In this document: positions 39,639 to 49,758 of the stretch, piece after piece
How the letters are laid out: each line of letters opens with the position of its first letter
Numbering within the stretch: position 1 is the stretch's first letter
Virus record (IMG/VR): IMGVR_UViG_3300028805_000109
Coordinates: 2,478-66,477 of that record
Reading direction: 5' to 3' (one strand)
Source: a virus
Taxonomy: Duplodnaviria > Caudoviricetes
Length of the DNA: 64,000 bases
Made by a program: the position numbers and the translations under genes
The notes under the pieces: generated by a model
Databases searched by the model: none
Told to the model about the DNA's origin: nothing
Seen by the model: only the letters and a program-made list of their open reading frames with translations

Positions 39639-40070
39639 TTATTCAGACCAATTAACAATTACGCTATAATACTGCTCAAATCTATGCTGAATATCTTCAA
39701 TACTAAGATTTTTATTCTTGTCATAAAACATATAATAATCACCCTCATGTGAATCTGCTTTAGCTTTATGAGCCAACATAGGTTTAATTGACACAATATA
39801 ACTTGCATTTCTATTATGTAACTTTACTAAATATCTATAATAAAGTTCTTCATCATGGTCTATTGTACTATTAAAATAAACATAATCATCGATTGTGAAT
39901 TCTTCTATATAGTACTTATGCCAATCGACCTCTCTACTTCCTTTAGCGTCTTGAAACTTCTCATAACAATGAGCAATGTATCTTTCTGCATTATCTCTTG
40001 TACTGAAAATACTTTCAATATTTCCATCAGTGTCAATTTCATCACCTAATAATACTACATATACTTTCAT
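39639..40070 (-). CDS. Hypothetical protein, 143 aa
   Basis: GGAGG RBS; KVYVV...IESIFSTRDNAE phage motif. Confidence 0.75.
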   Translation of the reverse strand: MKVYVVLLGDEIDTDGNIESIFSTRDNAERYIAHCYEKFQDAKGSREVDWHKYYIEEFTIDDYVYFNSTIDHDEELYYRYLVKLHNRNASYIVSIKPMLAHKAKADSHEGDYYMFYDKNKNLSIEDIQHRFEQYYSVIVNWSE

Positions 40071-40084
40071 TGTTTTATTCCTCC

Positions 40085-40555
40085 TTAATCATAGTAATCT
40101 ATTTTAATACTATAAATAATATGACTATCTGTTTTTCTTGTAGTAATTTCATCTACGACAAAACCACCATATGCATTAATGAACTTCTTATATAATGTAA
40201 TGTTTTTATTACTACAACCTACTATTATTTGAAATCCATAACGCGGGCAACGTATCTCAATTAATTCATTACTAGATATATTTGTCTTATTCAACAAATC
40301 TAATACAGTCATAGGTTTCTTACAATCATTATTTTTATTATACCAACAAGAACAATCATTAGTTATAAAATCTAAAGATTTATCAAAATTAATATGACCA
40401 CAATACATATACCTATCATCTACGGTATCGAATTTTAATTTAGCTGTAGTTAAATAATTAGTAATAACATGATAATATCTTTCATCATAGTTTACTTTTA
40501 ATATTGTGTACGTTGTTATGCCATTACATACTTGGTCGCCTACTGTTAAATTCAT
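40085..40555 (-). CDS. Hypothetical protein, 156 aa
   Basis: AGGAGG RBS; promoter TTGACA at 40615-40620. Confidence 0.75.
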   Translation of the reverse strand: MNLTVGDQVCNGITTYTILKVNYDERYYHVITNYLTTAKLKFDTVDDRYMYCGHINFDKSLDFITNDCSCWYNKNNDCKKPMTVLDLLNKTNISSNELIEIRCPRYGFQIIVGCSNKNITLYKKFINAYGGFVVDEITTRKTDSHIIYSIKIDYYD

Positions 40556-40559
40556 TATT

Positions 40560-41207
40560 TATCCTCCTTTATAATTATAATTTATAATATGATATTATCA
40601 GATTATTTTTCGCTTGTCAACCCCCTACGTTAAACCTCTCCCAAACTCTCCCCCCACCCTCAATCTAATCAAATATACATAGGATAATAGATATAGATGA
40701 TAATATATAGATGATACATACATATACATATACATAATATACATATAATAAATATAGTTAATAATAGGGAATATATTTAAATAAATATAGGGGATAGATT
40801 TAAATACAATAGGGTAGATATATTTAAATATATGTATTCAATATAATATAGCTTGTAGCACAGAAATAGATTGTGAAAAATATGATTATGAATGATTAAA
40901 TTTTAATGAATTATATGGGATAAATGGTAGTGATTGTGAAATTTTTGTAGGGGAATGTGAATTTTTTACAAAGGTGGTTGACAGTAAATGTAACTATCCC
41001 AATCTCCCATATCATTATCAATTATCCACAAAATCAACCCAATCCTTTTATGCAATTTGCACAATTGTAATTTTATCCATCTTCTGATATTATTAAGCCA
41101 AAACTAAAAAATTAAACGATATGAAAAATTTGTACCTCTTTTTGATAATATATATATCCTATTATCAAATTTAGGTACAAAAATTTAAAATCATAGAAAG
41201 GAGTACA
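40560..41207. other. Long divergent intergenic region, possibly an origin or control locus
   Basis: Contains a G/C-run island (40621-40659), ATATTTAAATAT at 40820 plus two variants, an AT-rich tract, and a long hairpin at 41130-41180. Confidence 0.45.
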
Positions 41208-42182
41208 ATGGACGACATATATAACAAACCTTTAAAATATAAAGAAATCTGCGACATAATGAATGAACCAATCTCTACAAGTGGCTCAAAGGGTAGACAA
41301 TTACAACTAGCAAAATGGCAACAGTTTTACGATATTGATAAGATAGGCACTAAATACTACATTAAGAAAAAATATTCAACAGAAGAATTAAACCTCATTG
41401 AATGTAGTGGTAAATACGCCTCTTATATTGCAGATAAACTTTTATATTACTTTGACCTAATGCAAAGAACAGAACTTACAATCAGCTATTACGATATATA
41501 TGAAATTACTAATATGGTAAATATCAATTATCACGTTGGTAAAAACAACATATATACAGACAGAACTAAAGAAATTATCAAATTCGACACAATAGAAGAT
41601 AATATATTAGAATTATCTAAGGACGATATTATCTTTTCAAGCCTTAATAGTTTCTTTGAAATATCTAATAAATTATTAAAGCAGAATGTTGATAATGCAA
41701 TTAAATCAATGGCACAAAAAGGTTTGATTACTTATAATGAGTCATTTATACTATACAAAAAGCCTATCAAGCAAGGTGATATTTATGTATCACAGCCTAA
41801 ACATATTTGTAATGTCGATGAAATCTCGACTATGTTAGATATTAAAAATGAGTCCTTGAATAGATTAGGATTATCAAAAAAACAATTATATTTTGCACCT
41901 AGGATAATAAAGAAAGAATATCATGATTATATATTAGATAAAGTAAAAGAAACTTTCGGATATGATTACTACACCAATGCAATCCATTTTATTGTAGGTA
42001 AAAAGTCTGTTAAACACGAATTAAAGTTTCATAAGAGCAACAAGATTAATAAAAATATTCAGACTCAAATGTTAGAGTCCAAGGAAATAAGTAAGAAGAT
42101 TACGGCTTATTTAAATAAGCAATTTGTTAAAGAATACATTGATAATCTAGGAGGCAAGAATGAACATCAAACAATTATGTAA
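41208..42182 (+). CDS. Hypothetical Lys-rich protein (putative DNA-binding), paralog 1
   Basis: AAAGGAG RBS; layout similar to the next gene. Confidence 0.75.
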   Translation: MDDIYNKPLKYKEICDIMNEPISTSGSKGRQLQLAKWQQFYDIDKIGTKYYIKKKYSTEELNLIECSGKYASYIADKLLYYFDLMQRTELTISYYDIYEITNMVNINYHVGKNNIYTDRTKEIIKFDTIEDNILELSKDDIIFSSLNSFFEISNKLLKQNVDNAIKSMAQKGLITYNESFILYKKPIKQGDIYVSQPKHICNVDEISTMLDIKNESLNRLGLSKKQLYFAPRIIKKEYHDYILDKVKETFGYDYYTNAIHFIVGKKSVKHELKFHKSNKINKNIQTQMLESKEISKKITAYLNKQFVKEYIDNLGGKNEHQTIM

Positions 42183-43014
42183 TCAATATCAGATAGAATA
42201 TGACGCTAATCATCCTAATCGTAGTCTATCTAAATTACAGAAACAATATCTTATAACTAAAGTCGGTAATAATCAATATGAGGTAATCCGTCCATTAACC
42301 ATAGATGAAAAAGCCGATTTAACCCAATTAACAGATTGCCCCAAGCTCTTACGTTCTATTATATGCAATCAGTTAGCACAGTCGCCAACTAATTCTATAA
42401 GAACGGACACTAAAGGTTTTTTAGAAATGTTTTATTTAATCAATTCTAAATATAAATACTTTGCATATAATGAGATGAACGAGGAAAAGTCTAAAATACT
42501 ACAGTCCACAACTCTGCCTAAAACTGTACTAGAAGGCTTTTATTCGGACGTTTACCCTCTACTTAATGATATGCTTAAATCGACATTTAGACAGCTAGAA
42601 AGCGAGCTTTTAATCAAGAAAACCGATATAATGATGTATGGTATAATAACTAAAGCCGATAACGGTAGATTATGTACTACTAAATATCAAGCAAGTAATG
42701 ACCAAATAGAAACCTATTTATCTATAGCACGTAATATAATGAAAAATAAATACAATATATCTAAATGGGAAGATTGTAATTATTTTCAGCGCAAAGCCAT
42801 TAATAGAGATGCGTGTAAAGAAATAGGATGGAGTTTCGTATATAATGATTATGAACTGATTCTTAATCGAGAGGGATTAAAGAACGAGGTTCAACTACAA
42901 GATATGAATAAAGAGGTCTGCAAGAAGATTAAGAACTCTAAGCGTGGGAATCTTAAAGACTATGATAAGAACCTTTTATCAGATTGTATAGATTTTCTCA
43001 TAAAAATATCTTGA
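42160..43014 (+). CDS. Hypothetical Lys-rich protein, paralog 2
   Basis: AGGAGG RBS; shares FxExxxxxNxxY and LLxxxxxxxxxxLxxxxLI patterns with 41208-42182. Confidence 0.75.
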   Translation: MNIKQLCNQYQIEYDANHPNRSLSKLQKQYLITKVGNNQYEVIRPLTIDEKADLTQLTDCPKLLRSIICNQLAQSPTNSIRTDTKGFLEMFYLINSKYKYFAYNEMNEEKSKILQSTTLPKTVLEGFYSDVYPLLNDMLKSTFRQLESELLIKKTDIMMYGIITKADNGRLCTTKYQASNDQIETYLSIARNIMKNKYNISKWEDCNYFQRKAINRDACKEIGWSFVYNDYELILNREGLKNEVQLQDMNKEVCKKIKNSKRGNLKDYDKNLLSDCIDFLIKIS

Positions 43015-43103
43015 CATATCTCTTTAAGCAATATATAATAACAACATAAGGATTCGTCACCCTTATAAAATCGTCAAATATATAATGATAGGAGGTAGAT
43101 AAT

Positions 43104-43301
43104 ACGAAGCAAAAAATAGAAGAGTTGTTATTAAAGTATGAAAATGATTTAAATGAGTGCAATAAGCAACTTACTACTGATTTCGCTGAATATAGGTCAG
43201 ACCCAAGTAATCTTGACCTTAGAGATTCAGTAAGAATGTTGCAAGGGCAAATAGGTGTGTATGAATGTATAATTGAACAACTAAGGAGGATATTAAAATA
43301 A
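43104..43301 (+). CDS. 65-aa coiled-coil protein beginning with ACG (non-canonical start or mutated ATG)
   Basis: AGGAGG-8nt-ACG, then 65 open codons, then TAATG coupling to the next gene. Confidence 0.55.
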   Translation, partial: TKQKIEELLLKYENDLNECNKQLTTDFAEYRSDPSNLDLRDSVRMLQGQIGVYECIIEQLRRILK

Positions 43302-43585
43302 TGCTTAAAATTTCTACCGCAGAAGCCGTTCTTAAACTTAATAATCAGCAGTCCAAAGAGCTATGGGAATATATCACTAACTCAAATATCGACTATAAGT
43401 TTGTAGATGGCTCAGACTTCGATTATATTATAAAGAAAAGGGATTTAGCTCTTTTAATTGATGAGATTTTTTCCGATGTTGAAAGAGATATTGAAATGGT
43501 CGAAATCTTAACATTGACATTAACAGAGCTTGTAATTAATAAAGAGAAATCGGCTATGTTTTGTTATGTGGAGGACGATGAATGA
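43301..43585 (+). CDS. Hypothetical protein
   Basis: AGGAGG RBS; translationally coupled to neighbours. Confidence 0.7.
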   Translation: MLKISTAEAVLKLNNQQSKELWEYITNSNIDYKFVDGSDFDYIIKKRDLALLIDEIFSDVERDIEMVEILTLTLTELVINKEKSAMFCYVEDDE

Positions 43586-43788
43586 GGAAGATAATAGATT
43601 ATAACAATCCAAGTAATCCGATATTTATCGAAGCCGATTCAGCTCTTGAAGCATTAAAGAAGCTAAATAAAAAAGGTAAGATTACTAAAGCACCACATGG
43701 TCATGCTTATCACTTGAACACTAAGGATAACGTATATTCTTGTGTTATAGAAGGAAGTGAGGAATGGAGTGATAATGAAACACTATAA
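43582..43788 (+). CDS. Hypothetical protein
   Basis: GGAGG RBS; ATGA overlap. Confidence 0.65.
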   Translation: MRKIIDYNNPSNPIFIEADSALEALKKLNKKGKITKAPHGHAYHLNTKDNVYSCVIEGSEEWSDNETL

Positions 43789-44038
43789 ATATCATTTAAT
43801 TAAGATTAAGCATAAAGATAATACTAGTTTAACTAAACTTGATAAAAATCGCATTAATAGAGATTATTTAATTGCCGAGGTCGAATTTAATCAGCCGTGT
43901 ATTGTTTTGTGTCAAGATGATGATTATAGTGGATTTTTCACAAGTAATGTGGTGGCAATAGATAACAATGATAATCACCTAACATTAGGAACGATGAATA
44001 CAACTTATTATTTCACAAAGAAGGAGATAGCGGAATGA
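43775..44038 (+). CDS. Hypothetical protein
   Basis: GGAG RBS before MKHYKY. Confidence 0.65.
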   Translation: MKHYKYHLIKIKHKDNTSLTKLDKNRINRDYLIAEVEFNQPCIVLCQDDDYSGFFTSNVVAIDNNDNHLTLGTMNTTYYFTKKEIAE

Positions 44039-44400
44039 CACGACAGTATATTATTGAAATCGATGATGCAGATATCATTAAGCTCAATAACGGTCATAAA
44101 GTATATAGAGCTAAAGGATTCGATACTCTCGTATTTAACGAAAATGGACTAAAACAGTTAAAAACCGTTAGTAATAGTAGTAGCAATAATAGTGGCAGAG
44201 AAGAGGGTTATAAAGAGGCTATGGACACATTTGAAATCTATAGTCAGATTGTACTTAAAACCCTTACAGAAAGAGAACGATTTGACTTATTCGGAACTGC
44301 GGATATTGCGTCTATATTCTCACAGCCTTTAGGTGATAATCTTACTAAGGTTAATGATTATCTTTTAAAGAGGATTGGAACTGATGATACTAACGCATGA
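44035..44400 (+). CDS. Hypothetical protein
   Basis: AAGGAG RBS; ATGA overlap. Confidence 0.7.
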   Translation: MTRQYIIEIDDADIIKLNNGHKVYRAKGFDTLVFNENGLKQLKTVSNSSSNNSGREEGYKEAMDTFEIYSQIVLKTLTERERFDLFGTADIASIFSQPLGDNLTKVNDYLLKRIGTDDTNA

Positions 44401-44761
44401 AGAGATTTGTCAATTAGACTTAGAACGAGCTAAGAGTCACAATCTTGAAAATCCGAGTTTCGATTTTAGAAATCTAGGATATAAAAAGGGCGATATTATA
44501 TATTGGGTTCATGTGGTAAATAATCCGTATGCCGATAGGATAGAAAAGGAATTAAAGGTTTTAACGATTCAGTCAGTCTATCCTAGAGTAATTACGGCTT
44601 ATTTGCCTAAATCCATTTGCTACACGCTCTTTTATAAAGACCGAGATAATATTTATACGGACAGGAAGTTAGCTCAAAAAGCATTTAAGAAATTAAAATT
44701 TGATATAGTAACAGAGGAAGTAGATAATAATGATAGAGATACAGCCACAGACAACGATTAA
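44384..44761 (+). CDS. Hypothetical protein (SH3/KOW-like pattern)
   Basis: YKKGDIIYWV; operon context. Confidence 0.65.
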   Translation: MILTHEEICQLDLERAKSHNLENPSFDFRNLGYKKGDIIYWVHVVNNPYADRIEKELKVLTIQSVYPRVITAYLPKSICYTLFYKDRDNIYTDRKLAQKAFKKLKFDIVTEEVDNNDRDTATDND

Positions 44762-45404
44762 ACCAATTACATTAATGGGATATGAAGCAGGAGTTTGCTA
44801 TAACTCTAATGTTGGAATTGAAGAAAAGAATTATAAGAGAGGGATTCACTGTATAGAAACTAATCATGGTCGTGTATTAGAATTTCCACAAGTTTATATG
44901 ACGATTAGTGGATATTCAGCACGAATGATGAGGGAATTATATACTCATATTGCAGGAGCGCCTACTAGGGTTCAAGCATCCACACGTTATATTGATTATA
45001 ACGACTTTAAATATATCACACCGCCTAGTATCGATTCTAATATCGAGGCTAAGACATTGTATGACGAAATAATGGAAGAAATTAGATTGTGTGCAACTAG
45101 ATTGGAAGAAATGGGAATTGCAAAAGAAGATGTTGCCAATCTTTATCCTTTAGGTATGGAAAGCACAATGGTATTGCGTACTAATCTAAGACACTTGATT
45201 GATATGTCGCATCAGAGAATGTGTACTAGAGCATATTGGGAGTATAGAAAATTTATGAATGAGTTGATAAAAGCTCTTGACGAATACTCTTGGGAGTGGC
45301 ATAATATAGTAAAGATGAATGTATTTCAGCCAAAGTGCGAACTGTTTGGTTATTGCACTGAGCAGAAATCTTGTGGAAGAAAGGAAAAGAAAGATGAAAT
45401 TTGA
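44730..45404 (+). CDS. thyX: Flavin-dependent thymidylate synthase
   Basis: HGRVLEF; RELYTH...QASTRY (variant of the RHR...SQRY signature); NLRHLI...R...RAYWE. Confidence 0.85.
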   Translation: MIEIQPQTTIKPITLMGYEAGVCYNSNVGIEEKNYKRGIHCIETNHGRVLEFPQVYMTISGYSARMMRELYTHIAGAPTRVQASTRYIDYNDFKYITPPSIDSNIEAKTLYDEIMEEIRLCATRLEEMGIAKEDVANLYPLGMESTMVLRTNLRHLIDMSHQRMCTRAYWEYRKFMNELIKALDEYSWEWHNIVKMNVFQPKCELFGYCTEQKSCGRKEKKDEI

Positions 45405-46062
45405 TTTTGCAAAAGTAAAAGAAATTATGAAAAATAGTGGAGTATGTTTGATTGTTAAAGTTAAAAATGCTGACGAGCATCTATTTTTACTACATGGATT
45501 CGATATTACATATGATGATGATAATACTTTCAACTTTAGATATCCATGTTATTTGTATATTCGTAAAAATAGTTACAATGATAAATATAATCGTAGTTTC
45601 GATGATAATGATGTATATGATGGTATGACAAAGGATTGTTGGGGTTATAAGATTATACGTAAACAAATAATTAGTGATTTTTTTACACCTAAAAAGATTT
45701 TGCTTAACGCAATCAATGAGTGTAAGTTAGGTTATGCGGCTTGTGTTGTAGTTGATGACGGAGAGCATTATTTAGCCATTGATGATAATACTTTGGTCGG
45801 AGATTACGGCTATATTAACATTGATGGCGACCTTGACGATGAGTTAAATCTTCTCGGTTCAAATGGTGAGCCAAACGGTGAGAGAATTGTAAAGATATAC
45901 ACAGCTAAGATTGTAGCACTCGATAATTGGGTAGGTAAAAATACAGTTTGGGAGTATGACGATAAGGATGATGAGTTGGCTAAATATTGCAACGAGCATA
46001 ATATCACTCCCGAGGATTTAGTAAAATATTTCGGTATGAAAATTGATGGTATTAATTGTTAA
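45394..46062 (+). CDS. Hypothetical protein
   Basis: AAAGGA RBS before MKFDFAK. Confidence 0.7.
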   Translation: MKFDFAKVKEIMKNSGVCLIVKVKNADEHLFLLHGFDITYDDDNTFNFRYPCYLYIRKNSYNDKYNRSFDDNDVYDGMTKDCWGYKIIRKQIISDFFTPKKILLNAINECKLGYAACVVVDDGEHYLAIDDNTLVGDYGYINIDGDLDDELNLLGSNGEPNGERIVKIYTAKIVALDNWVGKNTVWEYDDKDDELAKYCNEHNITPEDLVKYFGMKIDGINC

Positions 46063-46137
46063 ATAAATATTGACAAATGAGAAAATAGCTTATATTATAT
46101 TTATATAAGCTATTTTTTATTGAAAGGAAACGACAAT

Positions 46138-46404
46138 ATGTTAGTTGAATTATTTGACGAGAGTAAAACAGTTAAATTAGAAAACATGAAGAAAGGAGAT
46201 ATATTTTTAACCGAATACGGCGACTATGGTAATTATATCTACGTAGTATTTGATAGTTATGAGATAGATGGAAGTTGGGTTAGAACTAAGGGTACTCATA
46301 TTAGTCGCAATGGTGATGTATTTGATAAAGAGTGGGTAGGTAATAGTTTAACATTACTTGGTGGTGATTATTATTATGATGTTATAGGTAAAGTAATTGT
46401 GTAG
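46138..46404 (+). CDS. Hypothetical protein
   Basis: Own TTGACA promoter near 46070; AAAGGA RBS. Confidence 0.7.
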   Translation: MLVELFDESKTVKLENMKKGDIFLTEYGDYGNYIYVVFDSYEIDGSWVRTKGTHISRNGDVFDKEWVGNSLTLLGGDYYYDVIGKVIV

Positions 46405-46420
46405 AAAGGAAAATTTTGTT

Positions 46421-46576
46421 ATGAGGGAGATATATAAAACTATTATTAGATTCGTTCTAGCTATAGTATTTGTATGCTGTGGATTTGTTCTGTTAGGTAA
46501 GGACATATTTACAACAGTGGGCGTTTTGTATCTTGGAGTTGCGGCAAATATTGTTTATGATGAAGTGAGGAATTGA
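46421..46576 (+). CDS. Small two-TM membrane protein, 51 aa (missing from the ORF track)
   Basis: MREIYKTIIRFVLAIVFVCCGFVLLGKDIFTTVGVLYLGVAANIVYDEVRN; AAAGGA RBS. Confidence 0.65.
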   Translation: MREIYKTIIRFVLAIVFVCCGFVLLGKDIFTTVGVLYLGVAANIVYDEVRN

Positions 46577-46578
46577 AT

Positions 46579-46788
46579 ATGAAATATGAATTCGGTGATA
46601 TTGTAAGAGATGAATATGATGATGAGATATTTGTTACTATCGGATATGATGGTGGGAACTTTGAGGGCGTGGTAATTAAATCTGATATGTATAGATTTGG
46701 AGCTACGGCAAAATTCAGAGATAAAGAAACGTTGAAGAGAATTGTAAAGATTGGTAAGATGGAGGCATTGACGAATGAAGAAATATAA
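46579..46788 (+). CDS. Hypothetical protein (KOW-like start)
   Basis: YEFGDIVRDE; GAGG RBS. Confidence 0.65.
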   Translation: MKYEFGDIVRDEYDDEIFVTIGYDGGNFEGVVIKSDMYRFGATAKFRDKETLKRIVKIGKMEALTNEEI

Positions 46789-46865
46789 TGATAAAGAATT
46801 GTCAGAAATATTGGATAAATTATCTGACGAAACTAAGAATTATTTAATGCGGAGGAAATAGGGTT

Positions 46866-47267
46866 ATGAGATATAAAGCAGGAGATGAGGTAAGAATTAG
46901 AGCAGATTTAAAAGAAGGAGATAGAGAACTATATAAAGCCACAGTTGTATCAGAGATGATGAAATATGCAGGGAAAGTTACTACTATTAGACGTGCTTAT
47001 GATGATTGTTATACTCTTGATATTGATGATGGTTATTGGACGTGGGTAGATAGTATGTTTGAATCAGACGTAGATATTCCACAGATAGTCGAACCTAATA
47101 AAACAATCGATGTTGGATATAAACTTGATTGTGGTCGTAGAGGAATATTAAAAGATGTAATTCAAGGCGATACAAGTGCAAAGAGGCTTTATTATACAAA
47201 AAATTATGAATTTCAGTATATATTGCCTATTGAGTGTATTGAGTGGATTGTTCCGCATGAGGATTAA
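46866..47267 (+). CDS. Hypothetical protein (SH3/KOW-like phage family)
   Basis: YKAGDEVRIR...MMKYAGKVTTI...W.W.D.MFE. Confidence 0.72.
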   Translation: MRYKAGDEVRIRADLKEGDRELYKATVVSEMMKYAGKVTTIRRAYDDCYTLDIDDGYWTWVDSMFESDVDIPQIVEPNKTIDVGYKLDCGRRGILKDVIQGDTSAKRLYYTKNYEFQYILPIECIEWIVPHED

Positions 47268-47280
47268 AAGGAGAGATAAA

Positions 47281-47454
47281 ATGAGTGATTTTGATAGACG
47301 ATTGTATAAAGCGTTAACAGGTGACACTGAGAGAAGTGCTGAATTAAATTATGAGTTGTTTGGTGATAATGAGTGGAGTGGAGTTGATAGAACTAAATAC
47401 TTGGAGGAATTAAAAGATAAGATTGATGCTGATTCTTGGGGCTATGGAGGTTAA
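47281..47454 (+). CDS. Hypothetical protein, 57 aa
   Basis: AAGGAG RBS before MSDFDRR. Confidence 0.65.
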   Translation: MSDFDRRLYKALTGDTERSAELNYELFGDNEWSGVDRTKYLEELKDKIDADSWGYGG

Positions 47455-47457
47455 TAG

Positions 47458-47649
47458 ATGTTTGAAGATGAACCCTATACTTATGAAGATGTACAAAAAG
47501 CCGAAGCCATATTAAAAAATGTGGTTAATGATTATGATGGTTTGGTATGGCAATTCGGAAGTGTATCTGAGATAACTGTTAATAAAGCGACAATTGAAGC
47601 TATAAGAACAGCAATAAAAGTTATTAGAGATTATGAGAAGGAGAGTTGA
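47458..47649 (+). CDS. Hypothetical protein
   Basis: GGAGG RBS. Confidence 0.65.
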   Translation: MFEDEPYTYEDVQKAEAILKNVVNDYDGLVWQFGSVSEITVNKATIEAIRTAIKVIRDYEKES

Positions 47650-47650
47650 A

Positions 47651-47848
47651 ATGGAAACCGATATTGTTATTAAGACTATGTGGGAAGAAACAATGGATGG
47701 AACTGATGAAGTAGAAGTAACTACAGAAATTCATTGCAAGGAGTGTGGTCGTAAATTTGATACGTATGATTATGATAAGGAAATGATTGAGGATATGAAT
47801 TATTGTCCGTTCTGTGGAAATGAGATTAGAAGAATAGTGTACGAATAA
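47651..47848 (+). CDS. Small zinc-ribbon protein
   Basis: CKECG...YCPFCG. Confidence 0.75.
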   Translation: METDIVIKTMWEETMDGTDEVEVTTEIHCKECGRKFDTYDYDKEMIEDMNYCPFCGNEIRRIVYE

Positions 47849-47876
47849 AGAGAGTTGAAAGACTCTCTTATTTTGT
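47846..47876 (+). terminator. Intrinsic terminator
   Basis: TAAGAGAG/CTCTCTTA stem plus a T-run. Confidence 0.75.
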
Positions 47877-48335
47877 TATATGGGTGAAATTGGCTTTGGG
47901 AGCTATCCCTGTATCAGCTACACCTCGTTATTTAAAATATTTTTAAACGTAAATTTGAAAAGTGGTGGGAGGGGCACCAGCTCTGCATCTCAAGCCTCCC
48001 ACTCTAAGCAATCCCACTGTTTATGCGCCTTTCAAGTCTTTACATAAAATCATAAAAATTTTTATCGTTTTATCGTTTATCAATATGGAAACTATTTTAT
48101 CTAATATCGTTTCCTCATTTTTGCGTTTTAAGCGACTTTAATTTATCCATGATAAAATACACAATAAATATATTTTAATTTATTCTATGGGTAAAAATAA
48201 GCGAAAAAAGACTATATTTAGTCTTTAGTTAGTTAGTGTCATACAAGCGTCATTGTATTACTTTAATAGTACAATTATATTGTATGTAATACGTTTATAG
48301 TGCTATTATATTGCATACAATTATATAGATAATAA

Positions 48336-48372
48336 AAAAATAGAGTGCTATTATCCAGCACTCTATTTTTAA
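48336..48372 (-). terminator. Intrinsic terminator ending the leftward early block
   Basis: AAAAATAGAGTGC/GCACTCTATTTTT. Confidence 0.8.
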
Positions 48373-48380
48373 ATCATATT

Positions 48381-48932
48381 TTAGATTTTAGTTAGATATA
48401 TATTGCTTGTTACCGATTGACGATATCTCGCTTGTAAACTTTTCACTATATCGTGATAATCATTTAAAGACTCAATTGTTTTTTTGCCTTTATTATCATA
48501 GTCAATTAAACTATATTTCGTATCTACATTGTGGCAGAGGGTTTTAAATAATTGGCTCAAATAACTAAAATTGTTCGGTATATCGTTTTTGTCGATATAC
48601 ATTGATACGACTAAGTTATTTAATTGTTTACTACATATCATATTGTTTTGTTCGATATATGCCAGACACCATATTTTTTCTGACTCCGTCAACTTGCTAT
48701 AATTAAAAGTCGCGTTGACTTCAATCAATTCTTTTTTATCTTTAGCATAAATGTGAAGCAGATTGTTATAAATTGTTTTTTCGTCATTGATATAAATCTT
48801 ATAACTCCCATGATTGACTTTATCACATTTGACCATTGATAAGCCGTCGTAACTTGTTAAATTGCTAGTTGCGTTACCATCGTAAACCTTTGCAATCTTG
48901 TGTGTTGGGTTGTAAATTGTTGCACTCTTCAT
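48381..48932 (-). CDS. Early hypothetical protein, 183 aa
   Basis: AGTAGG RBS; promoter TTGCAA...TATAAT near 48990-49020. Confidence 0.7.
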   Translation of the reverse strand: MKSATIYNPTHKIAKVYDGNATSNLTSYDGLSMVKCDKVNHGSYKIYINDEKTIYNNLLHIYAKDKKELIEVNATFNYSKLTESEKIWCLAYIEQNNMICSKQLNNLVVSMYIDKNDIPNNFSYLSQLFKTLCHNVDTKYSLIDYDNKGKKTIESLNDYHDIVKSLQARYRQSVTSNIYLTKI

Positions 48933-49079
48933 ATTATACCTACTTTCTGCGCCTTGCGCTATTGAAATATTGAATTGCCTTACGAGTATTATTATACATA
49001 TATTTTAATATATTGCAATACTTTTTTTCAAAAAATCAAAAAAAATTTTTCTTTCTATATAATGTGAAAAAATCATTTT

Positions 49080-49620
49080 TTACTATGTTACTTTAACGTA
49101 CTAAAGAATACATAAAATTATTTTTGTCAAGTGATTTTTATAAATGTTAACAATTTATTCATATTTTCAGATAATAAAAAATATTGTGTACACAATTTAA
49201 GTCTGATCCAGAAAAAATCGAAAGTTGTATAGAATTGTTTACACAATTAAATAAACTTATTAAATTGTAAGACAATCGCTTTATTATGATAAAGCGGTAA
49301 AGTCAAGAACAATTGTTCGATGATATATTTAAATCTATCTCTTTATTATGATAAAGTATTAACGTGATAACGCTGTAAAATTATGCCACTTTACCGCAGT
49401 AAAGTCCGAATAAATGTTCGGATATATTTAAATATATTTTTTCCGATTCTGAGATTTCTGTAAAAGCGCGCTCGTAAATTTGGGGGCATATGGACGATAT
49501 AGTGTACAGCTGATGCCTTAGTATATATATAATATATATTTAAATAGTTAGTTAATTATATATATTTATATATTATAGTTATTATTATATAGTTATTATA
49601 ATATAGCTTTATTTCCTTTA
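49080..49620. repeat. Operator-dense module M1
   Basis: CTTTA-N6-TAAAG at 49091, 49279, 49341 and 49389; GAAC-N4-GTTC at 49307 and GAAT-N4-GTTC at 49408; the 49470-49620 core aligns with 58978-59148. Confidence 0.7.
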
Positions 49621-49758
49621 TTTTTGGCTTTTAAGACACTTTAATCATTCAGTCGGTCAACTTTACCATTTTAGATTTTAGATGGCTAGAATCGGCTAAT
49701 AAATACAATAAAAAAATAATAGGATAAAGCCGTTTGACCTCATCCTATTATCTTATGT

